A stretch of DNA of 64,000 bases. Origin: Lingula anatina. Its lineage: Eukaryota; Animalia; Brachiopoda. Numbering within the stretch: position 1 is the first letter of the stretch; each line of letters starts with the position of its first letter. The notes below the pieces were generated by a model. It made no database searches. It was not told where the DNA came from and saw only the letters and a program-made list of their open reading frames with translations. Both the position numbers and the translations under genes were made by a program. Positions 51,300 to 64,000 of this stretch are shown piece by piece. Location of the stretch: NCBI GenBank assembly GCA_051362555.1, contig CM120643.1, forward strand, positions 7,812,001-7,876,000, written 5' to 3'.

Positions 51300-52250
51300 T
51301 AAAGTAACCGGTCTTCTGATCGTTCTCTATGGTCTAGTGTAATTGGTTCTGCAATATGATCACTGTTTTTCTCTTGCTGTGGCATCTTCTCATCAATTGA
51401 ATTCTGTGTATTTAATGCAATATCATCTAAGTTTGGAATATTCTGTGTGTCTGTTGCTGCATTGTCACTTTTCACTGTAATATATCACTAAGTTACAATT
51501 CACATGCATCATCTTGTCTTCTCATCTCATTTGTGTTTTCTTTCAAATATAAGTCTGCTGGAATTTTCATTCCATTATCTGTTGTGTTTATGACATTGTT
51601 ACACAGTTTGAATTGACTTGTGTCTCTGCAGATTGTTCTTCTGTCTGTAACTCTTCTGGCAGTAACTTGAGAACCATGTATTTCCATGACGATACAGAAA
51701 ATCAGTTCATATGGTGCTGAGAGTTTGTTTCTTTTGTGCTGTTTAACTAAAACATAGTCACGTATAATGAGCGTATTCTCCCTCAAAGTTTGATTAGTGT
51801 TGGGTCAGTGAGTGTTTTCTCTGCTATCTCACTGAGTATCGCTGCATTTTCAGATTTGACCATCCATCTGATCATCTTCTCTGTACTATGACCACCCATT
51901 TGTGGCAGTGGGTGTCTGGAGAGATAATCTGGGTCTGCATCATTCTTTCCTGGCTCATATACCACTTCATAGTCAACATTTTGTAAGTCCATCACCCATT
52001 TCTCTATTCTCTGTGGTAATTTTGCTTGTGCTTTGTCAAACATGGGTAGTAATGGTTTTGTGTGCTTCAATAATACTAAATTCTTCTCTCATGTCCCAGT
52101 ATGGTTCAATGTCCTCATCTTTTCTGTAGAGATTGCTCATTCCAATCTCCTGTTGGGCCTCCAAGTTTGATTAGTGTTGGGTCAGTGAGGGTTTTCTCTG
52201 CTATCTCATTGAGAATCACTGCATTTTCAGATTTGACCACTCTGTCAAAC
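51300..52250 (-). pseudogene. Rearranged Gypsy pol relic (RNase H end and integrase C-terminus)
   Basis: KPLLPMF...PQRIEKWVMDLQ...YEPGK...DYLSRHP and DYVLVKQHKRNKLSAPY. 51785-51862 is duplicated at 52164-52240. Confidence 0.85.
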
Positions 52251-53049
52251 TGTGTGCCTGAGCTGAAAAAACAAAAAAGAGAAATACTCATTATAAACAT
52301 TCAACAGGCCTGTAGCCAGCTATTTCAAAAGTTTTTTTTTTCCTAAAAAAGTGGACATTTTACCATGAAACCATTGTGTACCTAAATGAAACTTTACCCA
52401 GAGGGAACCTTTTCCCAGCAAAAAGGGCTGTTCGTTCGCATGTCTAAACTGGCAATGGTCCTGGTCAAAGTCAAACTTGGCAGCTTCCTCATATTCACAG
52501 AAATTTGTACTTTCAAAAAATTTCTAATATGCATGATGTTTTGCTATGACTTCATGTAAAAAAAATCAAACTTAAAATTGTCATCATTTTATATTGGCAA
52601 TTTAAGCTAAATTTAGGGGGACATTTGTTGCGACTTTGCATCTTAAGCGGCCCGACATGCCTCAAAATGTGTCACAACACTACATTCAATGCAGGAATGG
52701 TGCAGTCCAGATGTAACATTGTAATAATGTGATGTTATACTTGGCTACATACTGGGGTATGTATGAATTCCTAACATGCAAAGCAATTACTTCACTCCAG
52801 TTGGAGGGCTATGGCTATATAGAGAGTTATAAAGATACCTGATAGGACGATGTGAACACTGCAAAAATCCCCACAAATAACTTTTTAGGACAACATATAG
52901 AAACCCTATTGCTCCCTAACTCTGCTAGAACCGTTTACGTTTTACCTCAGACATTTCCAGAAAACCAGATCTTCTGAATAACACTTATAACACTCCCTTT
53001 ATCTATCCTCTAGCTCTTGTATCTGCAGCTCTCTCTCACTCTCTCTCTC

Positions 53050-53400
53050 TCTCTCAAAAGCCCCGCCCAACTGTCGCTTTCAATCCCAAGACTTCCGGTA
53101 CCAGATCACTGCAACAAATTACTCACCCTCTTGTCATCAAGAATGTCTTTGCATGCATTTAAAAGGATGCTGGAATCGTGGAATGTTCTACTGCTTCAGA
53201 TGAGACTTTGATGGTAACTCATAAATATATCTTGTCCTTGGTATAGCGTTATTTCATAACGTGTAAAATGTTCCCGCTCCACCGAACTAAGCCCGACTAA
53301 GTAGGTCAACGAAAACCCGCAGTGAATACTGGGTCACAGTACATCCGGTCACATGAAGCGCGCCGCAGTTTTACTCTGCGTCCAAGTTATTATATCTTTT
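53050..53400 (-). promoter_or_regulatory. Putative CpG-rich promoter and first exon of a leftward transcript
   Basis: Onset of CpG-rich DNA, GC box CCCCGCCC, CTTCCGG motif. Consensus donor GAGG|GTGAGT on - at 53127/53126. Strong acceptor TTTCTCTTTTTTGTTTTTTCAG on - at 52263. Confidence 0.4.
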
Positions 53401-53884
53401 GATTTTTTGTTTAGATGTGATATTATTGATTGAGAATATATTTTTACAAAAAGGTAATTTTAAGTTCTTTTTAATTGTTATTTTTATATATTTTCTTTTT
53501 GCTTCAACTTTTGCTAGATGTCAGCACTGCTAACACAACGCTCAATATGAGCAAATGGAGTTTAATTAGCATTAAAAGTATAATAAACATACTTGAAAAT
53601 ATTATAAAGTCAATTTTTGCTAAAATATCCTGCAAAGTTACTAGTACCTGTACTTTACTTTTATAGACTGCGCCAGAGACTGCGCTAGTAGGCTTAGGGA
53701 AGCCTATTAATATTAGATGCGCGTTAATTTTTTTTCAAAAGGTCTAAATTTTTTCCTCAATCCCAAGTATATTTTCTCAATGCCTGGTAACGAAGGTTTT
53801 GCAAATGGCTTTCTAAGAGAATGTCGTGTTTCATGTAAAACATCTGACTGTGCTCTATTAACATATCGTCTAGCCTTGGACATA

Positions 53885-55543
53885 CAGACTTGACATTTAA
53901 TATGGAATATTTCAGTTTCGAAGGTATGCCTAGGTAAAAATGCGTTCTTTTTTTCAAAAAACTCCGATCTCATATAAGATATGTGAATGGAGAAGTGTGC
54001 AGTCAGGTGTGTTGCTACCAATTAACTGAATACCAGGTTTGTTGCGCTGCTGGATTAGTAATATGCAGTGATTTAATTGGTTGGTGCTCCTTTGGGCAGG
54101 TCAAAGCTTGGCTTTGGCAAAGCATAGTTCTGTCAAAAATGTATCCATATGTCGGCAACTAGTGCATAGAAGAATTTGAAATTTTGCAAGCACGTGGTCG
54201 TTTTTGCAGTGTGTAAAATGAGCTATGCAGTGCTTTACAAATTTGTTAATCTGTGGCAGAATGGCGCAAAAAAGACAGACACTGCCAGACAGATAATTGC
54301 GCCAAACGAAACGGTCCGCGCAGTTTTATAGAGTAATGCCCGGACTGATGTACCTACACAGAGGCCACACCCAATTATTGACATCTTACCACCAGGGTAC
54401 AGGACCCACTGTCTTGCGGAATATGCTGTTGCAACTAAACAAATACCACCCAGTCCGTTCAGAATGAGGGGTAAATTGCCACCAATACGCATTTTTTAAG
54501 GCCCTTAGTAAACACCAAACTGGTTTTAGCAGGTTAGAATACCAGACGACCCATGAGGAACCCACTGTAAACAACAAAACATCGTTGTATATTTCTCTAA
54601 TGAATTGGGGGCCTTGACCGTTTCTGGGTTGAACACTGAAACCTCGTGGCTTTCTTTATTGAGGTCAGATTTTTCCTGTTCCGCTCAACTAGTCAAAACA
54701 GAGTTTACAGACATCAAGAGGAGGCCAACGACGAAGCGTGAGTCGCGTCTTAAGTGACATAGGGTATTAACAGCGTCAGTATTTGGAGTGGATACCACAT
54801 TGATGCTAAAACACCAATGGTAGTCATCGACGAAAACCTGAACCAGATCAAATAAAGGAATAATCTGGGAACCGCTTGACTATCATTTGATAGGGGGCAA
54901 CTTTGGAACAATTTTCGGTTGCACGGTAAGATTGACGGTTCACACAGAGCACTTTTAACAGCAGATTACTTACAGAACTAAGGCAAAGAGCAGCTACCTT
55001 GGTCATCAAAATCGCCATATTTGAACCACATAGACAATATGTGGGCAGGCCATTACTCGCCCAATCAATGGCCTACATGTCCTACAACAAAACTGGACCA
55101 AATTGGACAGATTTTGGCCGATGCCTGGAATGCTATTCCAGATTGAACTCTAAAAACCTATCCAAAGGAATGCCTTGCCACTTCAGAGCGCTGGTAGTAG
55201 CCAGAAAAGGTCAGGTGTAACAGCGACCGCTACTGTGAAAAGACACTGACATGAGAGTCCTTTGTGGAGCGTGTAACTTTTTAACAGACAATAATTTGGA
55301 AAATATGGAGATCCAAAATATCTCTTTTAATGGTTGTCATATGACATAGAATAGGCAATGTGTTTTTGTTTGCTTCTCTGGCGAATTCAGTTAATGGACT
55401 GATGTCATCATGACATCAAAGAGATGATTAAAAGTTATTAAAACACGAGTTTAATCCTTATTTTCATTTTTCAGTCAGCAAAATAGGAAAAAACTGATGA
55501 AAAATGATTTGGAAAAAAAATTCCATATTAAATGTCAAGTCTG
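53885..55543 (+). mobile_element. Full-length but degenerate Tc1 element
   Basis: TIR CAGACTTGACATTTAATATGGAA and TA TSD. Decayed transposase at about 54200-55235 (RRPMRNPL, LPWSSKSPYLNHIDNMW). Confidence 0.88.
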
Positions 55544-56042
55544 TATGTATAAAGTCCAGCTAATCATGAGGGCCCGCTGGGAAGGGGGGGGGGTAGTGAC
55601 CACAGTTCACGGCCAAAGGAAAATAAAATCATCAAATCACAAATCACACATATTAATTATAAACTTTATTCATATCTCATTGAAAATGCTAGTCTGGCGA
55701 GCTGAAAATAACTATCATCGACTATAATGACTTCGTTTCACTAGGGACGAGGGAAAGAAACCCGCAATTCACGATTCCCGGGAATGGGGTGCTTCACGGA
55801 TAACGTTTATTAAAATAAGAACGCTGAGAGCATCTCAGGAAATGATAAGTGGCTTTCACGGATAAGGAAAATACCCAATGGGGCCTTCCGTTATTGTTTT
55901 AACTAAAATGAAGATTAATGACTAAAATATTTCAAAAGCATCAAACAACTAAAATTAATGATCTGCAGCAAAAATACGCGACGGAGGATTTCTCAGTTTT
56001 TAAAAGCCCGGCGGCACCGCGAAAATAGCTGCAAGTTATTTA

Positions 56043-56285
56043 GGGGAGACCGGGGCTAGTTGGACCCCGGAGCAAGTTGGCCCTCCCATCAATTTATGAC
56101 CAAATAACTATGGGGTAAAAGAATTGATCACATCATTTTGTAAAGTGACCGTATCTAATAGTGCTAAGAAAGCGTCGGCAGTGAGTCCAAATGAAATAAT
56201 TTAGCATCTAACTAAAAGTAACTTTATTAAAGAGACTTGATGGGGGGCCAACTTACCCCGGGCTCCAACTAGCCCCGGTCTCCCC
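56043..56285. mobile_element. 243-bp MITE with ~50-bp TIRs and TA TSD
   Basis: GGGGAGACCGGGGCTAGTTGGA... / ...TCCAACTAGCCCCGGTCTCCCC. Confidence 0.9.
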
Positions 56286-56806
56286 TATTGCTTGCTTAAG
56301 ATAAACATTCTACATATTTTCTGAGACGTTAGACATTATACTTGCTTCCTAACAAGTTCCTAATATATTTTTTTTTTACTTTATTGAAAATAATCTTATG
56401 GGCGAATGTGAGATGGTGTTGTGAGCGACAGTAACGAAGGTTTAAAATTAAGTCCGCATTTCGTGTTGATTAGCACAGGTGCTGAGCTAACTTATGAAAC
56501 GATTTTCGTGTGCATCGAAAGACTTACTAAAGTGAAAAAGAGCGGGAGAAGAGAGACAAAATGTTATTATTACATTGTATTCATCCACACAACGTACCTC
56601 CGACCGTGTTATGAGTTCAACCTTCTTTGAGGACTCAGATGATAGCTGTCGTCAATACTGCTTTTACATAACGTAACAAACGCCATCGTCCTTTGCGTTC
56701 AAATCATACACAGAAATATTTCTTTAAAAAATTATGAAAGGCATTTTTGACTTTTATACATATTTGTGAATATCTAGAGTAAACTCTATCTGTGGCTCGA
56801 GTAGAG

Positions 56807-56841
<35 letters not shown>

Positions 56842-57029
56842 GTTGTGTTTGGCCGAATTCACAGTCAATTGATCCTCGGACCAGAATAGATTACAAACCT
56901 CTTTTATGATAATTAATTAATATGACTGATAGATAAAACTGTAGATTTTCATTCCACCACATTTTCCGTATCTTTACGGAAAAAGATATATATATTGATA
57001 ACGCATCTTAATTTAAAGGTTAACTCTGA

Positions 57030-57368
57030 AAGATAAAAAAAAATGACCGACGTACCTTTTGCTTGTGAACCTTCTTCAGGTAGGCCTACCAAAACAAGAA
57101 TAAACAAGCAAACGACTGGTATAAGCGTGATAAAGGTTAACGTCTTGAAGATTATGTTATAATAAAACAAGAAATTTAATTCATTGAGATATTCATTGTC
57201 TCTATAAAGTCCTTTTTTTAAAGTGTCTAATATTTCTATTAGCTTCTCGACAATCTGTCTTTGTCTTGTGTCGCGTATGTGTCCTTTTAAAATGGTGACT
57301 GTTTGTACTGTGGTGGTTCTTGATGCGAGTTTTAAGGGCGTAAGACGGCTTTTTTCTATCGTTTTCAC
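57030..57368 (-). mobile_element. Degenerate 3' end of a Penelope-like element
   Basis: VTILKG...RQRQIVEKLIEILDTL.KGLYRD resembles a GIY-YIG C-terminus. Followed by a CCTGAAGAAGG...ACGTCGGTC pLTR-like motif. Confidence 0.5.
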
Positions 57369-58361
57369 TTTTAATTACTATAAGTTCTATTACTGTACAT
57401 AGCTACCAATTATCTGCGCTTTAAGCTTGTACTTTTTATTACAGATACAAGCAAGGCAAGCAAAAAGTCTCTGGCAGTGAATTGTGAACTGTTGCTGCTA
57501 CCACTCCTACATAAAGTAGATATTGCAAACATATATCGGCACATGAATCAATAAGATATCAGACAACTTTCATAGAAAATAAACTGAAATTAAAGCTGGA
57601 TACTCTTTTATCTATTATCATTTCGCATTTACGTTAAATCTCGGCACGTACGTCTTCATCACCATCATACTTTAGTCGCAGTCCGAAGCGACGAAGTTCG
57701 AACAGTGCATATCAAAATCGTAAATAGGAGTTCTTACGTAGGAAACATCGCGCTAGAGAACAGGTTTAATTAAGGCATTCTTGTTAGCAGTATTGTCACT
57801 ATTTTAGGGAATCATGAACAAATCTGGATGGCTCTATCTATAACAAAGCAATTGTTACCTAAAAATAAAAAAAATACTTTTCAGAATTAATGCAAGAAAA
57901 ATTAATGAAAAGAACAAAGGCAAAATATTTTTAATTAAAAATAGAATCTGGACGACAAATACAGCTTCAAGCAAATAAAAATAGAAATAGAATATACACA
58001 CCCTTGTCTTACAATTAATTTTTAAAATAATGTCGGTACCTTGCCAATGTATGGCAGGACTGCGTGAAAACGACATGCACTCTCCCCTACACTAAACACA
58101 CACACGCTCGCGCGCACACACACACACACACACGCGCGCGCGCGAGCGCGCACGCACACACAGGCTCGAAGAGGGGGAGAGCCAAATCCAATCACTGAAG
58201 TTGTACATCGGTTCATTGTTTGACCTAAGTAAATCATCGTAAAATAAACGAATCAGATCAAAATTATAATAAAGCGCGGTATGTGCAGACCAGCAAAACT
58301 ACTCTTTCCCGTTGCCAAAGCTCTTAATCCAGGTCTATCTTTTAAAATAAAATAGTTTATT

Positions 58362-58393
58362 CATGGACCTAATTAGAGTTAGTTAGGTCCATG
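58362..58393. mobile_element. 32-bp minimal P-superfamily-like element
   Basis: CATGGACCTAA-10 nt-TTAGGTCCATG, flanked by the 7-bp direct repeat GTTTATT. Confidence 0.75.
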
Positions 58394-59947
58394 GTTTATT
58401 GTATAACAAAAAAAAAAACATGTATAAAACAACAGACTTCGGTCAAATAATCTAGCAGTGTGTAATACTGTGCATGAACCAAAAATATATGCTATAGATG
58501 TAACATTATCAAAAATAGAAATACTATATCATGAAAAGTCACATTAGAATTCTCCCCCCCCCCCCCCCCCCACCAATACGCCCCTTTTCTATTTTCTAAT
58601 AATACCACACAAACTCAGCGTGTGTAGGAGTGTGAAAAGTAGATCAAAAGATAGGATATGCCATGTAAGAATTCATAGGGGAGAAAGGTAATCTCCTTTT
58701 GCTCTTTTTTTTTAAACCTGTCAACTTTGAGAAGAAATACAGTGAAACGGTGTCTCTCATTGCACTTAGTCAATATAAATTCAAATATGTAAAACATCTT
58801 TCCTTTATCACGTAATTCTTCAGAGGTAATAAAATACAGCATTTCCCTAGAAAACCTTTACCCCCTCTTGTGAATGCAATGTGCCGTCTGCAGAGCTCAG
58901 CGTCTGCTACCTCGCTGGATGCTTCGCGGTTCCCGGCATGTGAACAGTTAACGCGGTCCAAAAAAATTTAGGGGGAGTCAGATGAAATATAGAGGGACCG
59001 TGGCATCTATAAAGTTCTACATGATGAAGCTGGAGATGTGGGCTAGTTTTCCTCTTTATTTCAAAGATTGCAATATACTCTGACTTTCAGTACCCCCATG
59101 CAAGCAAAATATTTTGCTGGTATCTTGATACATCTCCCACTTGTGTCTACCCCCTGAAACGGTCCACACTAAAAAATCAATAATCGTATGGCAATTTTAT
59201 ACAGGCAATTGACCTACTTTTATACCCATTCAGCTATTGTCGAGTTTTATGGTTGTGGAGTGAAAACGTGATACACGTCTGTGATATAAAAATTATTTCT
59301 AATTACATAATTTACAAACAGTGCATTTGGAATAAAGGTGTCCAGATTTGTGAGCAAAAGATGACATTGCTATTTGAAAATAATGAAAAAATTGGAGACA
59401 AGCCTTAATCAGAAAAAATGCATTTTTTCTCTTATATGCAAATTAGGTTCTTTGAAGTAATATAAGACTGGCCGGAAGTGATGTTCAGAGATTTGTAACG
59501 ATGATGATCTTGATGGCCTTGATGATCTTAATGGTGGTTCAAAAAATATTATCAAAGTTTTCAGTTGTCATCTGGTGAGAAAGAAATTTTCTGCACTAAC
59601 ACAATCATTCCACGAGTGAAAAATAATTAGTAAACGCGCCTCAGATGCTCTGCAGACGTCACGGCTTTTGGGCGAAAATCACACGCGACATTTCGTCATA
59701 ATCATTTGATATAGGTAAAAAACTGTGATTGAAAATGGATATCGGCAAAGCATTAAAATTTTGACAGCATTTGTGTTTGTGTTCGACAAGGATGAATTTA
59801 ATTAGAATACCCCCTCTCTCTTTTAAAGCGAATATAAAGGAGAAAGCCGAGCGAAAAAAAATAATGCGCATAACAGTCAAAATATTCAGAAGTAAAAAAG
59901 TTCAGAGTTAAAAATCTTGTTGGCCACTACAGTTCGGGTACGTACGG

Positions 59948-60701
59948 ATAAAATTTAGTCCCAAAATATTACACGTCCCTATACTCCCGTTACCGATAGA
60001 TACATAAAGGAAAAACGGAAAAAACGTCTTTTTAGATTTAAATACCAATAGATCCGATTTTTTTCTGCTGTCCTATATATTTGCGTTCCTATAGATATGA
60101 CGTCCTCATAAAACCACGTCCTTTAAATCCGCATACCTATAGATCCACGTATTTTTAGATCCAAATACCGATAGATCCATTACAGGTACACTATTGCTCG
60201 AAATGGTTGGTATACTACTCAGTACATAAAATGCACTTCTTTAAAACGGCAGTACGCAGTCAGCAATATATTATTCTACTAGATCGTTTTCACACAATAC
60301 TCAGTGAAAGAACATAAAAAGAACAAAAGTGTGTTCTATATTTCACAACGCTTAATTACTGTTCTAGCGTCAGAACACTGTTTAAAGCGTTCTCAAAATG
60401 CAACATTCGAACACGTAAAAAGTGTTCTGAATTTACATGTAAATGTGTTCTTAACAAAACAAAACAAAAAAGAACATAAAAATGTGTTCTAAATTTCACA
60501 ACGCAAGTTGATATGGGCCTTTTAGCCGATTACGATGTCAGATAGATGGATCTAGCGGTACCTGGATCTAAAGATACGTGGGTTTATAGGAATCTGTTGG
60601 TGGATCTATCGGAACGTAAATTTAACGAGACGTAAATCTATTGAGACGTGTATGTATAGAGACGTATCTATCGGGGCGAATATTTTATTGGGACGTTTAT
60701 C
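59948..60701. mobile_element. Diverged MITE-like element with inverted ATAGATCC/GGATCTAT repeat arms
   Basis: Left arm GATAAA...GTCCCAAAATATT...CGATAGATAC against right arm GTATCTATCG...AATATTTTATTGGGACGTTTATC. Ends are approximate. Confidence 0.45.
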
Positions 60702-60703
60702 TA

Positions 60704-62362
60704 CAGGGTTACCACTTAATATGGAATATTATTTTTTGGCGAGTAAATTTTCTACAAAATATTTAATTTCTCTCTAACTACTTTAAATCTAAAACTGAGG
60801 TGTCACTCCATGTGTAGCCAGGTGTGTTACCTAATTTCCACAAAACTCTCGAAACAATTGATGCATGCAGCTGCATGTTCTGTTGTCAGAAATGTGAGGG
60901 GTGGTCTTTTCGGCAATTTCTGCCCTTGTATAAAAACGCATGGGTTTGGTCAATCTTTGGAGTGTGTTTAGAGAAGCAACAAAGGGATCGCTCTGAAACT
61001 TGACTGGTACCGTAGTGAAGATATGGTTCGACAGCTAAGCAACGCAGCTTACTATGGGATTCTTGCTCTCAGAGAAAATGACCAGAAACGGACAGCCATT
61101 GCCAGGCAATGCAACATTTATCAGGAACCGTTAGTAAAGTCCTCCAAAGAAGTGCTACAACAGGGGGACCTACTCCAATACCTCGACCTGGGTGTCCGCG
61201 TATCACACCAGGAAGACAGGATCGCTTTCTCCATAGAGTGCGCCGTGCTGGTCGTCAAAGACAACCAGTGTCTTCAGAAAAGAGTGGCAGAATGTCATTC
61301 AAACGCCCGTTTCAAGGTCCCTCGTGAACAAGAGATTACTGCAAGCTGGTTATTTTGCACGAAGACCAGTAGGGAAACCAATGTTAACAGCAGGTCATAT
61401 ACAGCGCCGTCTGCAATGGACTGGGGACCACGTGCCCTTGCAGCCAAAACACTGGAATCACGTCGTTTTCGGTGATGAGGCCAGATATGGAGTTTTTAGG
61501 GTTGGCGGTGGAATCCGTGTCTGCCAACGTGTACGAGAGGCATAAAACGATAATTGTGTACTGCCTAGGGTACAAGCATGGGGTGTTAACGTCTCTGTTT
61601 GGGGAGCATTTCATGTCGGTGTCCAGAACCAGTTGGTTTTTCTAGGAGGCAACCTCAACCAGGGTTCCTACAGAGACATTCCACAGCAAACAATGCTTCG
61701 ATTGGTAAGAGTCATCTTCAGGAACAACTTTGTGTACCAAGACGACTGAGCAACCCCACATCGAGGCCGCAGAATCACTGTTTTTCTTCGAAACCAATGG
61801 GTTCAGCAACTGCCCTGGCCTGCAAACTCTCCAGATATGAACCCAATTGAAAAACTTTGGACAAAAATAACCCACAGAATTAATAGCTATGGTCCTCGGC
61901 CGGTAAATAGTGATGAACTGCAACAGGCAAATATCACTGCGTAGAATGATATCCCCATCCAAACTCTAAAAAACGTGTCACAGGGTATGCCATGTAGGAT
62001 GAGGGCGCTGCAAGCGGCTGCTGGAGGTCATACTCGCAGTTACTGACTTTTCATGATTTACTGTAGTGAGTTCTTTGACTGTGTAACATATCACTGTCTG
62101 GAGGCTATCATTTTCTTTAATATCTTAGCTTAAAGTTAATACTGACATCAAACTGTTGATATGGTTTTCTGGGGGTGTTCCTTTCTTTTGAATGGCATCT
62201 TATGTCAGATTTGATATCATTGACCAAAATATCTCACAACAGAAGACTAGATGTTTTTATCACTCAGTGACATACTTTTTTAATGACTCAAGCCAAAAAA
62301 TAATTAATCAGCACTCAAAAATAACAATGATAAAAAATATTCCATATTAAGTAGCAACCCTG
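60704..62362 (+). mobile_element. Full-length Tc1 (DD34E) element with pseudogenised transposase (61023-62046)
   Basis: TIR CAGGGTT(A/G)C(C/T)ACTTAATATGGAATAT and TA TSD. Motifs RPGCPR, VVFGDEAR, QDD*ATPH and WPANSPDMNPIE, with 34 codons between the second D and E. Confidence 0.93.
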
Positions 62363-63258
62363 TATATGGCGGACCCCTACAGTTCCTCTTCATAGAGGAT
62401 CACATGCAAAATTTTAAGGCAACTTGTAGCCTTTTCAATTGATGTTGTAAAGTAAATGACTTTCACTAACTGCAGATAAAGATTATAACGGAATCAAACA
62501 AGTTAAAGGAAAGGGAGTTATTGAGTGTTGCGCCGACAGACAATTCACAACGTAAATAACAACAACAACAATCTACACGCAATATGGTAATGTGCTTATC
62601 GGTAACGCAGTGGCGGATTTAGAGGTTTCTGAAAAATATATCGCACCAATATTCCCCTCTTGAAATTAGAATTTTGTCTAACCTTTGTATATTTTTAATT
62701 GGAAAATCTACTTATTGATTATTATTCCATTTTTTCACAAAAATTATTTGTTTTTCTTAAGAAAATTAAAGTGAAAGGGAAAAGATTAGAGGGAGAAAAA
62801 GAGCAACTATTGAACATACATATTTTCCCAAAAAATATCCTTTATTACAGTGAAATAATGAAGAACCAAGGAATTATAACTCCTTGGAAGAACATACATA
62901 CTATTGGCATGCATGTACCAAAAACAAAAAGACTTTCACTAGTATCTAAAAATGAAAACCAATATATCTTCCCACCTCCAAAAGAATTAACAAAATTTCA
63001 AGTATGGCATTACAGTATGGACAGACCTCTATTCAAACAAATAAAAAATACATCAGTAGAACAATTTTAAATATCTAATTTCCTTGATCTGAAAACAGTA
63101 AAGGAACGAATCTGATAAACTACACTGATATAATTTTATTTCCATTTCTTATTCTTTACTTCACAATACACGCTAACAGATTTACCATCATTTTAATATA
63201 AACAACTAACAAAATTGTTAAGATGCAGAAAATGTCAAAAGAACATGTTTACATATGC

Positions 63259-63551
63259 AACTAAAAAAGCACTCGGAGAGCGCAGACCTCTGCCAAGTCA
63301 GCAAAGTCTCCACCCAATGCCGTTTCACCCCTAAATTTTCATTCTATAATGATTAAGTTTTTTATTTTTGATTATTGATTGATTATTGATTGATAATTGA
63401 TCCAGATCACCACCAAAAACTATTCATCTGTTCTTTGGCCCACTTCTGACAGTTCCTGAAAAATTCATTAAAATCGGTCCACAGCTTTTTGAGTTATGTG
63501 GATGACAGACAAACAAGGGTGAAAACATAACCTCCTTGGCAGAGGTAATTA
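63259..63551 (-). mobile_element. Helentron-associated (HINE/DINE-1-like) non-autonomous element
   Basis: On -: ATTACCTCTGCCAAGGAGGTTATGTTTTC (subTIR plus IR), a GTTT/GTCT tract, then the second subTIR CTTGGCAGAGGT and the 3' hairpin GCGCTCTCCGAGTGC followed by Ts. Confidence 0.75.
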
Positions 63552-64000
63552 GTACAATAATGAGACAGTTAACATGCCAAAGAAATGAAAATAGCATAGG
63601 TGACAGCAATGTACAGACATGGCTGAAAATAAAAATCATATTTAAGTGAATGTTGCAATGGTGTGGGACAAATTTTCCTCCAGCCTTCTTAAAGCTTTTA
63701 TATTTGTACAACATTAATAAAATTTCCATCTGAAGACGTCTATACAAATGTCACATGACATACAGTTTAAAGCCAGAAGGAAAAAGCATTATTATGTCTT
63801 GTATATTGTAAAATTAAAATTTATTTTCTACCCTTTTCTGAACCAAGACAAAAGTCCTTGGAATGTCGAGTACACCAAGGGAGCCAACACAGATGTATTT
63901 CTAGGATAATGTATTTTAAAAAACAAACTGCAAAGTGCTATTTTGGATTTTCATCTGGATTCTTCATTTCAACTCCACTGTTACATTAACTAAGCTGTAT

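Noticed and set aside
55568-55890. Possible Harbinger-like MITE with TTCACG repeats
   Set aside because: The terminal match is weak and no convincing TSD was found.
57040-57090. Second hammerhead ribozyme on the - strand
   Set aside because: CTGAAGA is present, but stem II and the GAAA box are lost.
62606-63070. CAGTGGCGGATTTAG TIR-like end and adjacent 123-aa ORF
   Set aside because: No partner TIR was found. The ORF is AT-rich with no recognisable motif.

Overview
AT-rich animal genomic DNA; the transposon repertoire suggests a marine invertebrate such as a mollusc (inference). No intact host gene, rRNA, tRNA or CRISPR array is recognisable. The window is a densely nested transposon landscape. 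It holds one very young 5'-truncated Tx1/L1-type LINE (open ORF2, A45 tail, perfect 17-bp TSD), a Penelope element interrupted by an SGNH-hydrolase cassette (two copies, probably Ngaro/DIRS repeats), and a 13.3-kb CCC-ended EnSpm/CACTA element with nested Kolobok-like and ISL2EU elements. It also holds an Academ-type element splitting a Ulp1-PHD gene relic, several Tc1-like relics (two with introns), many EnSpm fragments and many MITEs. The most notable large-scale signal is orientation. Essentially every recognisable coding relic from about 3.5 to 28.6 kb lies on the + strand in visibly CpG-poor DNA, while a CpG-rich promoter-like segment with a minus-strand splice donor sits at about 53 kb. 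This fits a long antisense transcription unit, either a unistrand piRNA-cluster-like locus or a host-gene intron. All family calls come from motif recall and by-eye alignment, not database searches.
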